A stretch of DNA of 63,137 nt, the filler included, from Atractiella rhizophila (lineage: Eukaryota): NCBI GenBank assembly GCA_021432655.1. It is 8 parts of 7 records of this genome, joined end to end, with 100 filler letters (N's around TTAATTAATTAA, not from the genome) between each part and the next. Parts side by side here need not be neighbours in the genome. Positions count along the whole stretch, not along the records: positions 25,118 to 37,239 come from MU272012.1; 7 more parts are not named here. The stretch is one strand, 5' to 3'. A program made the translations under genes and the position numbers. Below are positions 25,118 to 37,339 of the stretch, one piece after another (position 1 is the stretch's first letter; each line of letters opens with the position of its first letter). The notes under the pieces are model-generated. The model ran no database searches and was not told where the DNA came from. It saw only the letters and a program-made list of their open reading frames with translations.

Positions 25118-28100
25118 TTTTCAATGGTGCGCAAGGAACTATACGTATCTCTATGGCAAGGATAAGACGTCCGGCTCCCTGACCAAGTACATGAGCAAGG
25201 CCATTCCTGAGAACGTGGAGGAGTAAGTCTTATCAGATTCCTCCCATATAAGCTGATATCAGTCGAAGGATCATCCTTGATGGGGAAATGCTTGTGTACT
25301 TGCCCGAACAGGATAAGTATCTGCCATTCGGTCACCTCAAGACTGCAGCAAAAAGTGAAAATGCAGACCTCTGGGTGTGCTGTACGTTTTCAAACTGAGA
25401 GCTATGCGTCGAAGCTCAACATACCACATCGATTAGTCAAGATATTCGACCTTCTTTGGCTCAAGTCAAAGTCAGGACCTGCTCAAAATCTGCTAACGAA
25501 AAGTCTTCATCAGCGAAAGGCAGCACTCAAAAAATTGATTAAGCCGATGCGTGGAAGGGTAGAGTTCGCTCGCGAAACTCGAGGACGGACCTCAAAAGAC
25601 ATCAAGGAGGAGTTGCAGAGAATTTTAGAGGAATGGTAAGGGGCTCTGACTCGTGCTTGTCACTAATCATATCGGTTTTAGTGGCGAAGGACTTGTTATC
25701 AAGAATCCGAATTCAGCCTATGAGTTAAATGGTCGAAATGAAGATTGGGTTAAGTTAAAGCCTGGTATGTACGATATTCAACTTGATTACGGAAGAAGTG
25801 AATATCAGGGTAGACTATATGGAAGGTTTTGGGGAAACTTTGGATGGGATGGTAGTAGGTGTGTGCAGCAAGGTTCTCGATGCACCCGAATTACGGACTA
25901 AACAAGAGTTGCAGGAGCCTACCACGGAGAAGGCAGACGGGGAGGAATGTATGGATCGTTTTTGGTGGCAATTCTCAAAGACGAAGAAACTGCGACGACG
26001 GAGGATCCTGAGTTAGTCTATCACTTCTTTTTTGGGATAGGCCTAAACGAGGAAAAGATTAGTGACTGTATGCAAAGTTGGAAGCGGTTTTAGTCTAGGC
26101 GATTTTGAGACCATCATGTAAGTGTCTATAGACGTAACATGGTTTACCAATGAGCGTAACAGGGACAAAACTGCCGGCAAATGGAAAGATTACAAGAAAT
26201 CTAAACCTGACTGGCTTATCGCAAAGGATGAAGTGCCTGATGTTTGGATCCATCCTCGCGAGTGTGTTGTATCCTTACATTGTTTCTTCTACTCATGCCA
26301 CTACCCAGTTCCTTTGCAGTTACTGTGAAAGCTGCCGAGATTATCGATAATCGTACGTCAATATTCGCCGAATAGACCTCGTATTTCTTAGGCTAAAGAT
26401 GGAGGCAGTCGATGGATACGGGGCTGGAAAGTGCCTTCGATTTCCGCGTGAGTTTCATTGTGGTTTAAATACATGGGCTCAATGGAAACTCAACGGAAAC
26501 CGTTAGGCTGCACTAATGTTCGATTTGACCCAGACATTCAAGAAATCGACAAACTGCATGGTTCGTGATCCCAAAACAAGTTCGAAACCATTCATTGTCC
26601 TGCAGACTTCTGGGATGTGGCGAACAAAAACCAAAATACCAAACGTGCACTCGGTGATGGCCTAGAGTAAGTTTCTGAGATGACCGCTATCTCGCTTATT
26701 TTGGTTGTTTCTAGTGGTCACAAGGTCAAGAAAAGGAGGCTTAACACGGGAAAGGCTGTGCGAGCAATTTAACTCAATTGATGATACCTCATTCTTGCGA
26801 TAGAAACCTACACTGGCGGCAGCCTTTCGTGGAGCAACAGGTGATGTAACGGCCAAATCCCAATTGTTTACTGGGATGCATTTTTGTAAGTGGGCATATC
26901 AAATGCTTACACCCGTCGGACTCACTGTTTGGTGTCAGGGGTCATTCGAGGTACCAAAGAACACAACAAAGCGGCTCTGGAGACTATGATCTTGGAGAAT
27001 GGAGGAGAAGTTATACAAACGTCAAAATCAGGAGGCAAGCTTGTCAGACTAGTTTGTGACAGCTCCGGATGTGAGCGCCTTGAGACACGATGCTTTTGGA
27101 TACTGACTGTATACAAGTCGCGTTGATCGACGCTCAGATCAGGAAGAATGCGAATGATATTATTCGGCCTGCTTGGATTCTCGATTCCTTGTCCGAAGGG
27201 AAAAGGCAACCCTTTGAAGAGTAGTATAGCTGCTTCCTCTTCTCCAAAGGGAATAAGGATATACTAACCTTGCTTCTAGTTATATGCTTCATTCTGTTGA
27301 CGAAGTGAAGGCGGCATCAGAAGAGGAAGTCGAGGAAGAGACGGAAGACGACGTTCGGCTGGGCAAAAGGGTCGCCATCCAGCAGAACGACGAGGACGAA
27401 AAGGCTCCCACCGATATTAGCGAGCTGAGGCAAAGTCTTCAGGATAATGATCCTTTTGGTATCAATTCCATTGCACTCGACGATCTGGACGACCCCAACA
27501 ACCTGTCGGACGATGAAGCTCCACCTGGCGAATCGGATGAAGAGTCCGATAGTGAGATGAAATGGGTAATGCGAAGAGCAGCCGTAGACAGCGACACTGA
27601 CGACGAAGACGGCATCCAAGTTCAACGAAAGGTATGGCCTCTTCTTCCCTTTGTTTGAAATGGCCTGAGCCATGCACAGCGACATTCAGCTACGGCAGTG
27701 AATGAAGATGAATCCACATCTCCCTCGTCTTCCAAACAAACATCACATGCTGTAGCCCCCGCTGTTGTCGAAGAACAACCTCTGTCGCAAACGTTGCCAG
27801 TATCTTCCAGCGATACTGCGGCGCGTGAGCCTGAAGGCGAAAGTGAAGATGAAGATGAAGACATATTTTCTCGATTTGTGGTCTACTTCGATACGAAGGA
27901 GAACGCCACAAAGAACGGTCTCGAGTCCGCAGCCACGGCTGAGAGCGAAACCTCAACTCGGTGAGCATTGTTGGGGAACGCATTCGTTGCTGAGAGATAT
28001 TGGTAGCTTCAAACGAGCGAAGAAGTGTGTGGAGGAGAAAGGAGGTGTCGTCGTCACGGATCTGAATGCAGAAGGGCTGACTCACGTCGTTCTCTCTCCA

Positions 28101-28386
28101 GACGACAGCTCGCGGTTCGTTTCATTCTTGCATTCTTCCATTGTCTGAATGTGTGCGTACAGGAGAGCAGAATTAGTCAGAAAAACAATGAAGTGGGTTA
28201 ACTGTTATTTCTTCACGAGGCACGACCAGTTTAAACTATTCAACAGGCCAAAACCAAAGCGACTAGTAGTGGTCAAGTGGGTTCTAGATTGTTATAATGA
28301 AGATACCATCTTGTCAGAAACTAGTAAGTCCTGGCATTTTTTCAGGCGTCCGTCTAATGTTTTATTCAGAATACACCCCTCTGTAA
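25118..28386 (+). CDS. LIG4: DNA ligase IV (ATP-dependent, BRCT tail), 5'-partial, many exons
   Basis: NYTYLYG, ILDGEMLVY, VKIFDLL, EGLVIKNP.S.Y..NGRNEDWVKLKPDY, CKVGSGFS, PDVWIHP, LRFPR, two BRCT-like regions; TAA 28384-28386. Confidence 0.93.
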
Positions 28387-28426
28387 TTCTTGAAAGCCAA
28401 TTTATGTCTGATTCCGGTCTCCTAAA

Positions 28427-29284
28427 TTACTTCTCTGGTTCCCATATCATTTCGTCCGCATCCAAAACCTCCTTCCTAGCCTCCGGATCCGCATCACTCC
28501 TCCTCAAAACATCGACTGTTCTAAATCCAAGACTGCTATATAGCTTTTTACCTTCGGGTGTGCAGTGCAAACGAACGGATATCTCTTCACTTTTGGCGCG
28601 ATCCATCCCCCAAGCCATCATCTTGCTACCAAGGCCCTTCCGCTGGTGAGAAGGAGAAATGCAAAGAAGGTTGCAGTACCAGTGAGCTGGTTGTGGTGCT
28701 GGAGGGTTTTGCGCGTTCACCCATGACCATTTCGCCAAAAGGCTCAGGCGATGCTGGGACAGAGAGCGGTCTTCGAACGTCGGTCTTGATTCAAGGTAAG
28801 TTAGTCTTGCGTTCTCTAAATTACGACGATNNNNNNNNNNNNNNNNNNNNNNNNNNNNNNNNNNNNNNNNNNNNNNNNNNNNNNNNNNNNNNNNNNNNNN
28901 NNNNNNNNNNNNNNNNNNNNNNNNNNNNNNNNNNNNNNNNNNNNNNNNNNNNNNNNNNNNNNNNNNNNNNNNNNNNNNNNNNNNNNNNNNNNNNNNNNNN
29001 NNNNNNNNNNNNNNNNNNNNNNNNNNNNNNNNNNNNNNNNNNNNNNNNNNNNNNNNNNNNNNNNNNNNNNNNNNNNNTAGACAGACCATCATTTTCGCTC
29101 TTTTGTCCCGTAAGTATCCATCAAGCTTCAACTCCCAGCTCTTCCGATAATCGTCTGGAAATTCAGCCAGATGAGGATGGAGGTAGAGTTGGAAAGGGTC
29201 GCTGTGAGCATAGCTTGAAGAAGTTAGCTCAGCAAGAGCTTGCAGATCTGATAAAGAACAATCTCGTATTCTGATGTTCCTCAT
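28427..29284 (-). CDS. GNAT N-acetyltransferase (interrupted by gap 28831-29077)
   Basis: HWYCNLLCISPSHQRKGLGSKMMAWG, LHCTPEGKKLYSSLGF. Confidence 0.85.
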   Translation of the reverse strand: MRNIRIRDCSLSDLQALAELTSSSYAHSDPFQLYLHPHLAEFPDDYRKSWELKLDGYLRDKRAKMMVCLXXXXXXXXXXXXXXXXXXXXXXXXXXXXXXXXXXXXXXXXXXXXXXXXXXXXXXXXXXXXXXXXXXXXXXXXXXXXXXXXXXXRRNLENARLTYLESRPTFEDRSLSQHRLSLLAKWSWVNAQNPPAPQPAHWYCNLLCISPSHQRKGLGSKMMAWGMDRAKSEEISVRLHCTPEGKKLYSSLGFRTVDVLRRSDADPEARKEVLDADEMIWEPEK

Positions 29285-29612
29285 TCTACTTCTCCCGTGG
29301 TGAGAGAATATCGATGAAATGGTGGCATTTATTCTTACGTGTCGGAGGGCGATCAAGGTGACTCTTGCTCGCGGCCATCAACGTGTTCAACTTCAAATTT
29401 TCAGATTGATAGACGATTTTAGACAACTAGGGAGCTTCACTTCATTACCATCAGGCTATGAGTCGTTGTTTATCTAACAGTCTTTAGGTCGAATTGAACT
29501 CTAAATTTTCCAGGAAAGGGAATTGCCAACTATTGATCGAAGCGAGCAAATCCTCCACCAAGGTCCAATACTTCATCGAGCGTACACGTGCTCGGATCAT
29601 CTTTCTGGATTC

Positions 29613-31321
29613 ATGGCCTCCCCAAAACCGGTTTACTCTCAAGCGACCATCTACGCGGATGCCAATGATCGCGCAGGGAGGGCATATTGGGACTACGACA
29701 ACCTTTGTGAGTGCGGCGTATAGGCATTGGTATGTAGCTCATGACGGCTTGGAACGAAAGTAATATCATGGGGCGTGATGGAGAACTATGAAATTGTGAA
29801 GAAGGTGGGGGAGAGGGAAGTATTCGGAGGTTTTTCAGGGTGTGGACTTGGAGCATGGAAATACTTGTGTTATAAAGGTGCGCTCTCTCTTTCTCTGACT
29901 GGAAAGCGATCTGGGAGCTTGCACATGAGGCATGCGATGAATTGCAATCCTTTCAACCCCCCTATGTCATCACCACATCACCTTCTGTGGCTGTGACGAA
30001 GTGGAGGCGTGTGGCAGGAGCGAGAGGATCTGACGCTTGATCATATGCAGGTCCTGAAACCCGTAAAAAAGAAAAAGATCAAACGAGAAATTAAAGTGTT
30101 GCAAAACTTACACGGCGGTCCAAACATTATCACTCTCCTGGACGTAGTCCGCGATCCCCAAGTACGTCCCTCATGTTCATTCATTTACGACTCAACAGCT
30201 AAGTGGATCGCTAGTCGAAAACGCCTTCTATTATCTTCGAATATGTGGATAACACAGATTTCAAAGTTCTCTACCCCAAATTTACCGATTATGACGTGAA
30301 TTCTCCTCTTGTTCTCGAACGGACACCTTATCAGTTGCTGCAGGTCCGGTTTTACATGTTTGAGATTCTGAAAGCTCTGGATTATGCTCACTCCAAAGGC
30401 ATAATGCATCGAGATGTAAAGCCCTACAACATCATGATCGATCACAAGAAGCGGAAGGTGGAGTTTCGTTCACTTTAATCATACGTGATTGATGACCTCG
30501 TACAGTTACGTTTGATTGATTGGGGATTGGCTGAATTTTACCATCCCAACACGGAGTATAACGTTCGCGTCTCATCACGACACTATAAGGGCCCTGAGCT
30601 GCTGGTGGATTATCAACTTTATGATTACAGTTTGGACATGTGGTCATTAGGTTGTACCTTTGCAGGAATGGTGTGTCACACTCAGTTCTTTCAGTCCATA
30701 ATTTGAGGCTCTCAATCTACAGATCTTCAGGAAAGATCCTTTCTTCCATGGGCACGACAACTATGACCAATTAGCCAAAATTACGAAGGTGTTAGGGACG
30801 GATGAGCTCTACTCATACCTCGAAAAGTATGAGGTTGAACTCGATCCGCAATTCGATGACATCCTCACTCGGTTCGTACTATTCGTATTGGCGATTTGTT
30901 TTACGAGTCTCGTCATCGCATTACAGATACCAGCGAAAGCCATGGTCACGATTCATCACAACTGAAAATCAGCGCTACATCTCCAATGAAGCCATCGACC
31001 TACTCGATAAACTGTTGAGATACGACCACCAAGAGAGGATCACCGCCAAGGACGCAATGGAGCATCCATTTTTTGGTTTGTGTTTGTGTCGCTGAGACTC
31101 ACTCACTTAGGATTCTTTCTGTTGTATATTAGAGCCAATCAGGCAGCCGGAAAAGCGAGGTCGGCGACCTGCAGCAAAAGAGAATGACAGCTTTTCAGCT
31201 CAGTCGACGACTTCGGAAACCAGCGAGAAGGTGGAGTTGAATAATGGAGGCAACGGTAGGTCTCCCCTTCATTTAGCTACAAGCGGAAGAGAACTGACTT
31301 TGGTATGTGACTGTAGTGTGA
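29613..31321 (+). CDS. CKA1: Casein kinase II catalytic (alpha) subunit, divergent; +1 frameshift at 29807-29811; 3' end approximate
   Basis: [80 protein letters not shown]. Confidence 0.93.
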
Positions 31322-33161
31322 AAGATACGCGCGGTAGAGAGTGTAGCGGTGTTGTGATTGTGAAAGGATAGTACGACGTTGCTCCGCGCTAGAGCAAGAG
31401 GCATTACCATTGTTCCTTTCTCATTCCCCCTCGTTCAAATATGTAGCTGTCATTCTGCAGAGTTTAGGCACATGCGCCATTGAAGTTATGTGACTTATGT
31501 CAGATGAATCGTTTTCTTCGTGAGTTGTTTCATAGCATAGAATAATTGGAACAGACGATTCAATCCACAATCCACCATTCGCACTTCGCGCTGACACCTC
31601 ACAGCCAAAAGTGGTGTCGTAAATAATCTCAACAACCTCTAAGGGTGAGGGAATGGGCGACGATTCGACTTAATTGTGACCACTCCTTGTTAAGTTGCTT
31701 TACCTGGGGCTAATAGTTGCAAATAGGGAACAAGGCAGAGTCAAAGACAAAGGGTTTGTTCAACACCTCACGTGACTGTGCTGGACTTCCAGGATACCTC
31801 CACGCTCTGCACTTGTACTTGTTTATACACAGGTCTGAAATTTCTGAAAGCTCTCCACGTAGTCCATAAATCAAAGATCGAAACGGGGTGAACAGCTGCG
31901 GCGCTGGAGGAAGGATAGCTTCCTCCACGATCCTACGTGACACCAACTTTAGATACGTTTCCTAACTTTCTGCTTTGCCTGTTGCTCTTGTGGAGGTCTT
32001 CAGCTTTGATCTTCGAAAACCGACGCTTGTGCCGGCTTGTGCGGACTCGTGGGATGGACAGTGAAGCTGTAGGGATCTAGGGATCTACGGGTGATCTACC
32101 GCGTATTTGAATATTCGAATATTCGTGCACTGGTCCTCGCTCTTGCAGATCATTTCAAAGCCCTGAACTGGACGAAGCTTTCGTCAGGCCAAGGCTTTGC
32201 AAGGGTGACGCAGTAACGGGAAGGACGGAATTTACACCTGCTTTCACAATGGAAATATATTCCTGCGAGTATTTGAAGCACGAAACAGTATTCCTTATTT
32301 GTTTGCACCGACTTCGTCACCGCAGTTAACTTCGCTATTTTCGATGGCTCTTCTTCCATGTTCCAGCGGGGCTCAAAGGGCGAAACAGCAATGGTGGGCC
32401 AGAACAAACCCCCGTCTTGTCTGTGACGGTGTGCGGTGCTTTAGCTTCCAAGTTGCTCCCCACCAATTTAGTCTGTTTCTTGCACGCCGGGCAAATCCTT
32501 ACATGTGCATCCGCTTGCCTACCACTCCGATATTACTTGCTCTTCAATGNNNNNNNNNNNNNNNNNNNNNNNNNNNNNNNNNNNNNNNNNNNNNNNNNNN
32601 NNNNNNNNNNNNNNNNNNNNNNNNNNNNNNNNNNNNNNNNNNNNNNNNNNNNNNNNNNNNNNNNNNNNNNNNNNNNNNNNNNNNNNNNNNNNNNNNNNNN
32701 NNNNNNNNNNNNNNNNNNNNNNNNNNNNNNNNNNNNNNNNNNNNNNNNNNNNNNNNNNNNNNNNNNNNNNNNNNNNNNNNNNNNNNNNNNNNNNNNNNNN
32801 NNNNNNNNNNNNNNNNNNNNNNNNNNNNNNNNNNNNNNNNNNNNNNNNNNNNNNNNNNNNNNNNNNNNNNNNNNNNNNNNNNNNNNNNNNNNNNNNNNNN
32901 NNNNNNNNNNNNNNNNNNNNNNNNNNNNNNNNNNNNNNNNNNNNNNNNNNNNNNNNNNNNNNNNNNNNNNNNNNNNNNNNNNNNNNNNNNNNNNNNNNNN
33001 NNNNNNNNNNNNNNNNNNNNNNNNNNNNNNNNNNNNNNNNNNNNNNNNNNNNNNNNNNNNNNNNNNNNNNNNNNNNNNNNNNNNNNNNNNNNNNNNNNNN
33101 NNNNNNNNNNNNNNNNNNNNNNNNNNNNNNNNNNNNNNNNNNNNNNNNNNNNNNNNNNNNN

Positions 33162-34529
33162 AGAGTTGTCAAATAGCTCATCCAGCTACCGAAGTAACCT
33201 CTACATCGCGACTAAAAGTCAACACTACTTAGCACTGGTACCGAAAGCGACCATAGACATTACGCTACTGCTCTGAGCATTTTGTTTAGCGGTTATGCTT
33301 ATCATGCTTGGCTCACTCCTACAGTAGCTTAACGCCTAGCTCAAGTTGGAGTATGAAAAGCTCCATACTCATCTCGAGTAGGCAGGGATTGTGGAAGCAT
33401 TAAAACCGATTAACCAGTATCAACAGCACGGGTACCTTCTTTCCTAGAAAGGACTTCTAGACATCTAACTCTCGGAGTTTAATACCTGACTTTCTTGACT
33501 CACACTGTGTGGTAAGGACGTTTCCATGTTGGATTACTGGTGTACAGGTTTGACATTAGTATTTCAACTATTAGGTGGTCGTCGAGTCCCGGGAATATCA
33601 CAGCACTACTCTGCGCTTGCAATATGAGGCACAACCCTACCATTTTAAGTCGGTTAGGGGTTAGTTAGTTTGCATTGACATGCTCCAGTAGTTAGTGCAT
33701 ACTAATTTCACTTGCTTTGAGGTGGAAGGCGAAGAACACTAGCTAGTACTACAACATCCCGAAATGTAGAGCTACGTAATACGGAAACCTCACTCGTATT
33801 AGGTCTCGAAAGTCTTAGAGTTTGTACATTTTGGCCTGGACGTCGTTGACTATTCCACAGGCAAGCTCTTGTTCTCCTCTTAAGTGCAGTATTAGCCATT
33901 TAAACCCCATCTCTTGAAACTTTAGACACAATAGGTGTATAAGCTTCTATTATCTTCCGCAAAAGCTGATCGCTAGGTGAATTGACAACTCAGCATTTAC
34001 TTACTTGTACTCCCTGCATGAACCCCTAGCGCCTGATGCAGGTCCTCTCACTATTACAAACCTGGCGGCACATTCAAAACGTTGTGAAATTAAAGAGCAA
34101 ACTAGAAAAAGAAAAAATGCCCAAAGTCCTGGACGTATACTAGTTCGCAGTCTAGGAGAGCGAGGACGGTGTGCGGAGGTGAAGCAGTGTCGGTGTCTTC
34201 CACTACACCACTACTGTATCCCCCCAACTTTCCTAACGTTAAGTAGCGTACGGAGTACACGTTCGAGGGTCTAGCGAAAGGTCAGTCTCTTTCTCTCTCG
34301 CGTGGAAATATTGTGTTCATAAAGGTACGAGGTTCAGGTGTGGGACTTTTTGGAGGCTTATGAAGGGAGAGGGGGTGGAAGAAGTGTTAAAGTATCAAGA
34401 GGTAGTGCGGGGTACTATAATGAAAGCAAGGTTCGGCAGTACTCGATGTATGGTTACGGATATGCGGCGTGAGTGTTTCCAACAGCATCAGGGTTATACG
34501 GGAGGGACGCGCTAGTAACCGTAGGCGCA
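33162..34529. repeat. Mirror (reversed, uncomplemented) copy of 29653-31020
   Basis: Starts agagttgtcaaatagctc, the backwards reading of ctcgataaactgttgaga (ends 31020); ends ccgtaggcgca, the backwards reading of acgcggatgcc (starts 29653); both 1368 nt. Confidence 0.98.
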
Positions 34530-36064
34530 TACGACCACCAAGAGAGGATCACCGCCAAGGACGCAATGGAGCATCCATTTTTTGGTTTGTGTTTGTGTCG
34601 CTGAGACTCACTCACTTAGGATTCTTTCCGTTGTATATTAGAGCCAATCAGGCAGCCGGAAAAGCGAGGTCGGCGACCTGCAGCAAAAGAGAATGACAGC
34701 TTTTCAGCTCAGTCGACGACTTCGGAAACCAGCGAGAAGGTGGAGTTGAATAATGGAGGCAACGGTAGGTTTCCCCTTCATTTAGCTACAAGCGGAAGAG
34801 AACTGACTTTGGTATGTGACTGCAGTGTGAAAGATACGCGCGGTAGAGAGTGTAGCGGTGTTGTGATTGTGAAAGGATAGTACGACGTTGCTCCGCGCTA
34901 GAGCAAGAGGCATTACCATTGTTCCTTTCTCATTCCCCCTCGTTCAAATATGTAGCTGTCATTCTGCAGAGTTTAGGCACATGCGCCATTGAAGTTATGT
35001 GACTTATGTCAGATGAATCGTTTTCTTCGTGAGTTGTTTCATAGCATAGAATAATTGGAACAGACGATTCAATCCACAATCCACCATTCGCACTTCGCGC
35101 TGACACCTCACAGCCAAAAGTGGTGTCGTAAATAATCTCAACAACCTCTAAGGGTGAGGGAATGGGCGACGATTCGACTTAATTGTGACCACTCCTTGTT
35201 AAGTTGCTTTACCTGGGGCTAATAGTTGCAAATAGGGAACAAGGCAGAGTCAAAGACAAAGGGTTTGTTCAACACCTCACGTGACTGTGCTGGACTTCCA
35301 GGATACCTCCACGCTCTGCACTTGTACTTGTTTATACACAGGTCTGAAATTTCTGAAAGCTCTCCACGTAGTCCATAAATCAAAGATCGAAACGGGGTGA
35401 ACAGCTGCGGCGCTGGAGGAAGGATAGCTTCCTCCACGATCCTACGTGACACCAACTTTAGATACGTTTCCTAACTTTCTGCTTTGCCTGTTGCTCTTGT
35501 GGAGGTTTTCAGCTTTGATCTTCGAAAACCGACGCTTGTGCAGGCTTGTGCGGACTCGTGGGATGGACAGTGAAGCTGGAGGGATCTATATAGGGATCTA
35601 CGGGTGATCCCTGGGTGATCTACCGCGTATTCGAATATTCGTGCACTGGTCCTCGCTCTTGCAGATCATTCAAAGCCCTGGACTGGACGAACCTTTCGTC
35701 AGGCCGAGGCTTTGCAAGGGTGACGCAGTAACGGGAAGGACGGAATTTACACCTGCTTGCACAAGGGAAATATATTCCTGCGAGTATTTGAAGCACGAAA
35801 CAGTATTCCTTATTTGTTTGCACCGACTTCGTCACCGCAGTTGACTTCGCTATTTTCGATGGCTCTTCTTCCATGTTCCAGCGGGGCTCAAAGGGCGAAA
35901 CAGCAATGGTGGGCCAGAACAAACCCCCGTCTTGTCTGTGACGGTGTGCGGTGCTTTAGCTTCCAAGTTGCTCCCCACCAATTTAGTCTGTTTCTTGCAC
36001 GCCGGGCAAATCCTTACATGTGCATCCGCTTGCCTACCACTCCGATATTACTTGCTCTTCAATG
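34530..36064 (+). repeat. Near-identical direct copy of 31021-32549 (CK2 3' end plus intergenic DNA)
   Basis: Both start tacgaccaccaagagagg and end cttgctcttcaatg; scattered SNPs and small indels (32070-32125 vs 35579-35640). Confidence 0.97.
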
Positions 36065-36136
36065 GTATAAAAGACACTGCTAGCGGCCTTCTTCCCTATT
36101 TACGACCTTTCGTCTTATCGTCATCACGTCAACGAG

Positions 36137-37239
36137 ATGGTCTCTTTCAAGTCCATCGCACTCTCTGCTTCCTTCGCTGCAGCAGTCTCTGCTGAATCTC
36201 TTGCCGACTGTTTGACAGCGGATTCCAATCTCGAGGTATTCACTCCATCCTCTGCAGATTGGGAGACCGTTATCACTCCCTTCAACAAGCGTCTCCTCAG
36301 TACGTATCCGAACCTTTCGCGTCGAGCGTGAGCTCATGCAGCGAACAGACACCTTCATTCCTGCCGCATTAGTGAAGCCTGCCAACGCTGAGGGTGTCTC
36401 CACCGCGGTCAAGTGTGCTGCCGCCGCTGGGGTGCATGTTTCTCCTCGTTCGGGAGGACACAGCTACGCTGGTTTGTATCCTAGCTCGTGAGAGGGGTCA
36501 TATGGATCTAAAGAAATATCGCCTTGTCTACAGCTGCTGGTCTCGGAATGAGGAATGGATCCCTTGTCGTCGATACTTCGAGGATGAACCACGTTTCCGT
36601 CGACTCTAACGGCGTCGCCACTGCTGGAACTGGTACCCTTTTGGGTGATTATGCCCTCACTATCGGGCTTGAGGGATGGGCCATGGCTCATGGCACTTGG
36701 TATGTTATTCTGCCACAGTGACATCAGCTTCCTGATGAGCGAGGTCAGCCCAACAGTTGGTATTGGAGGTCACGTCGGATATGGTGGATATGGCTTGGAC
36801 AGCCGCCTGTGGGGCTTGGCTCTCGACCACGTTATTGAGGTGAAGCGGCTCCTCCATACTCTAGTCCCAAGCTGATGCAGAATCGAAGGCTGAGACTGTT
36901 CTCGCTTCTGGAGAGATCGTCACAGTCAACAAGGACACGAACCCCGACCTCTTCTGGGTTAGTAGTTCCGTTTGCGTTATGCTCGAGGTTAGGTTGACTG
37001 TACACATAGGCTATTCGTGGTTCTGCCGTCTCTTTCGGTATCACCACTCAGTACAAGTTCCAGACTCATCCTGCTCCGGAGGTAACCATCTGCTTTTGTC
37101 CTTTCAGAAGTAGAAGTAACTCGATGGTGTTCAGACTTCCATTGAGTTTATCTACGCATACACGTGGGTCTGTCCCTTCGATCATTCATCTTACCATCTG
37201 ACACTTTCGTCCGCGCTGCAGTCCTGATAACGTTGATCA
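36137..37239 (+). CDS. Secreted FAD-linked oxidase (berberine-bridge-like/AA7), 3'-truncated
   Basis: Signal peptide MVSFKSIALSASFAAAVSA; PFNKRL; RSGGHSY; AHGT|CPTVGIGGHVGYGGYG; DLFW|AIRG; His and Cys expected for bicovalent FAD. Confidence 0.9.
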
Positions 37240-37339
37240 NNNNNNNNNNNNNNNNNNNNNNNNNNNNNNNNNNNNNNNNNNNNTTAATTAATTAANNNNN
37301 NNNNNNNNNNNNNNNNNNNNNNNNNNNNNNNNNNNNNNN

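Noticed and set aside
29078..29110. Mirror reversal after the other two gaps (29078 and 44613)
   Set aside because: Both read normally: the GNAT frame continues, and 44613 onward matches 46321 onward directly.
32299..33276. Long ORFs spanning N gaps (also 38214-39208)
   Set aside because: Length comes from X translation of Ns.
33650..33672. Telomere-like ggttaggggttagttag
   Set aside because: It is the mirror of ttgattgattggggattgg in the CK2 LIDWGL exon.
33162..34529. Apparent RIP-mutated or foreign insert with small ORFs (33708-33899, 34005-34274)
   Set aside because: The odd dinucleotide content and ORFs come from reading CK2 backwards.
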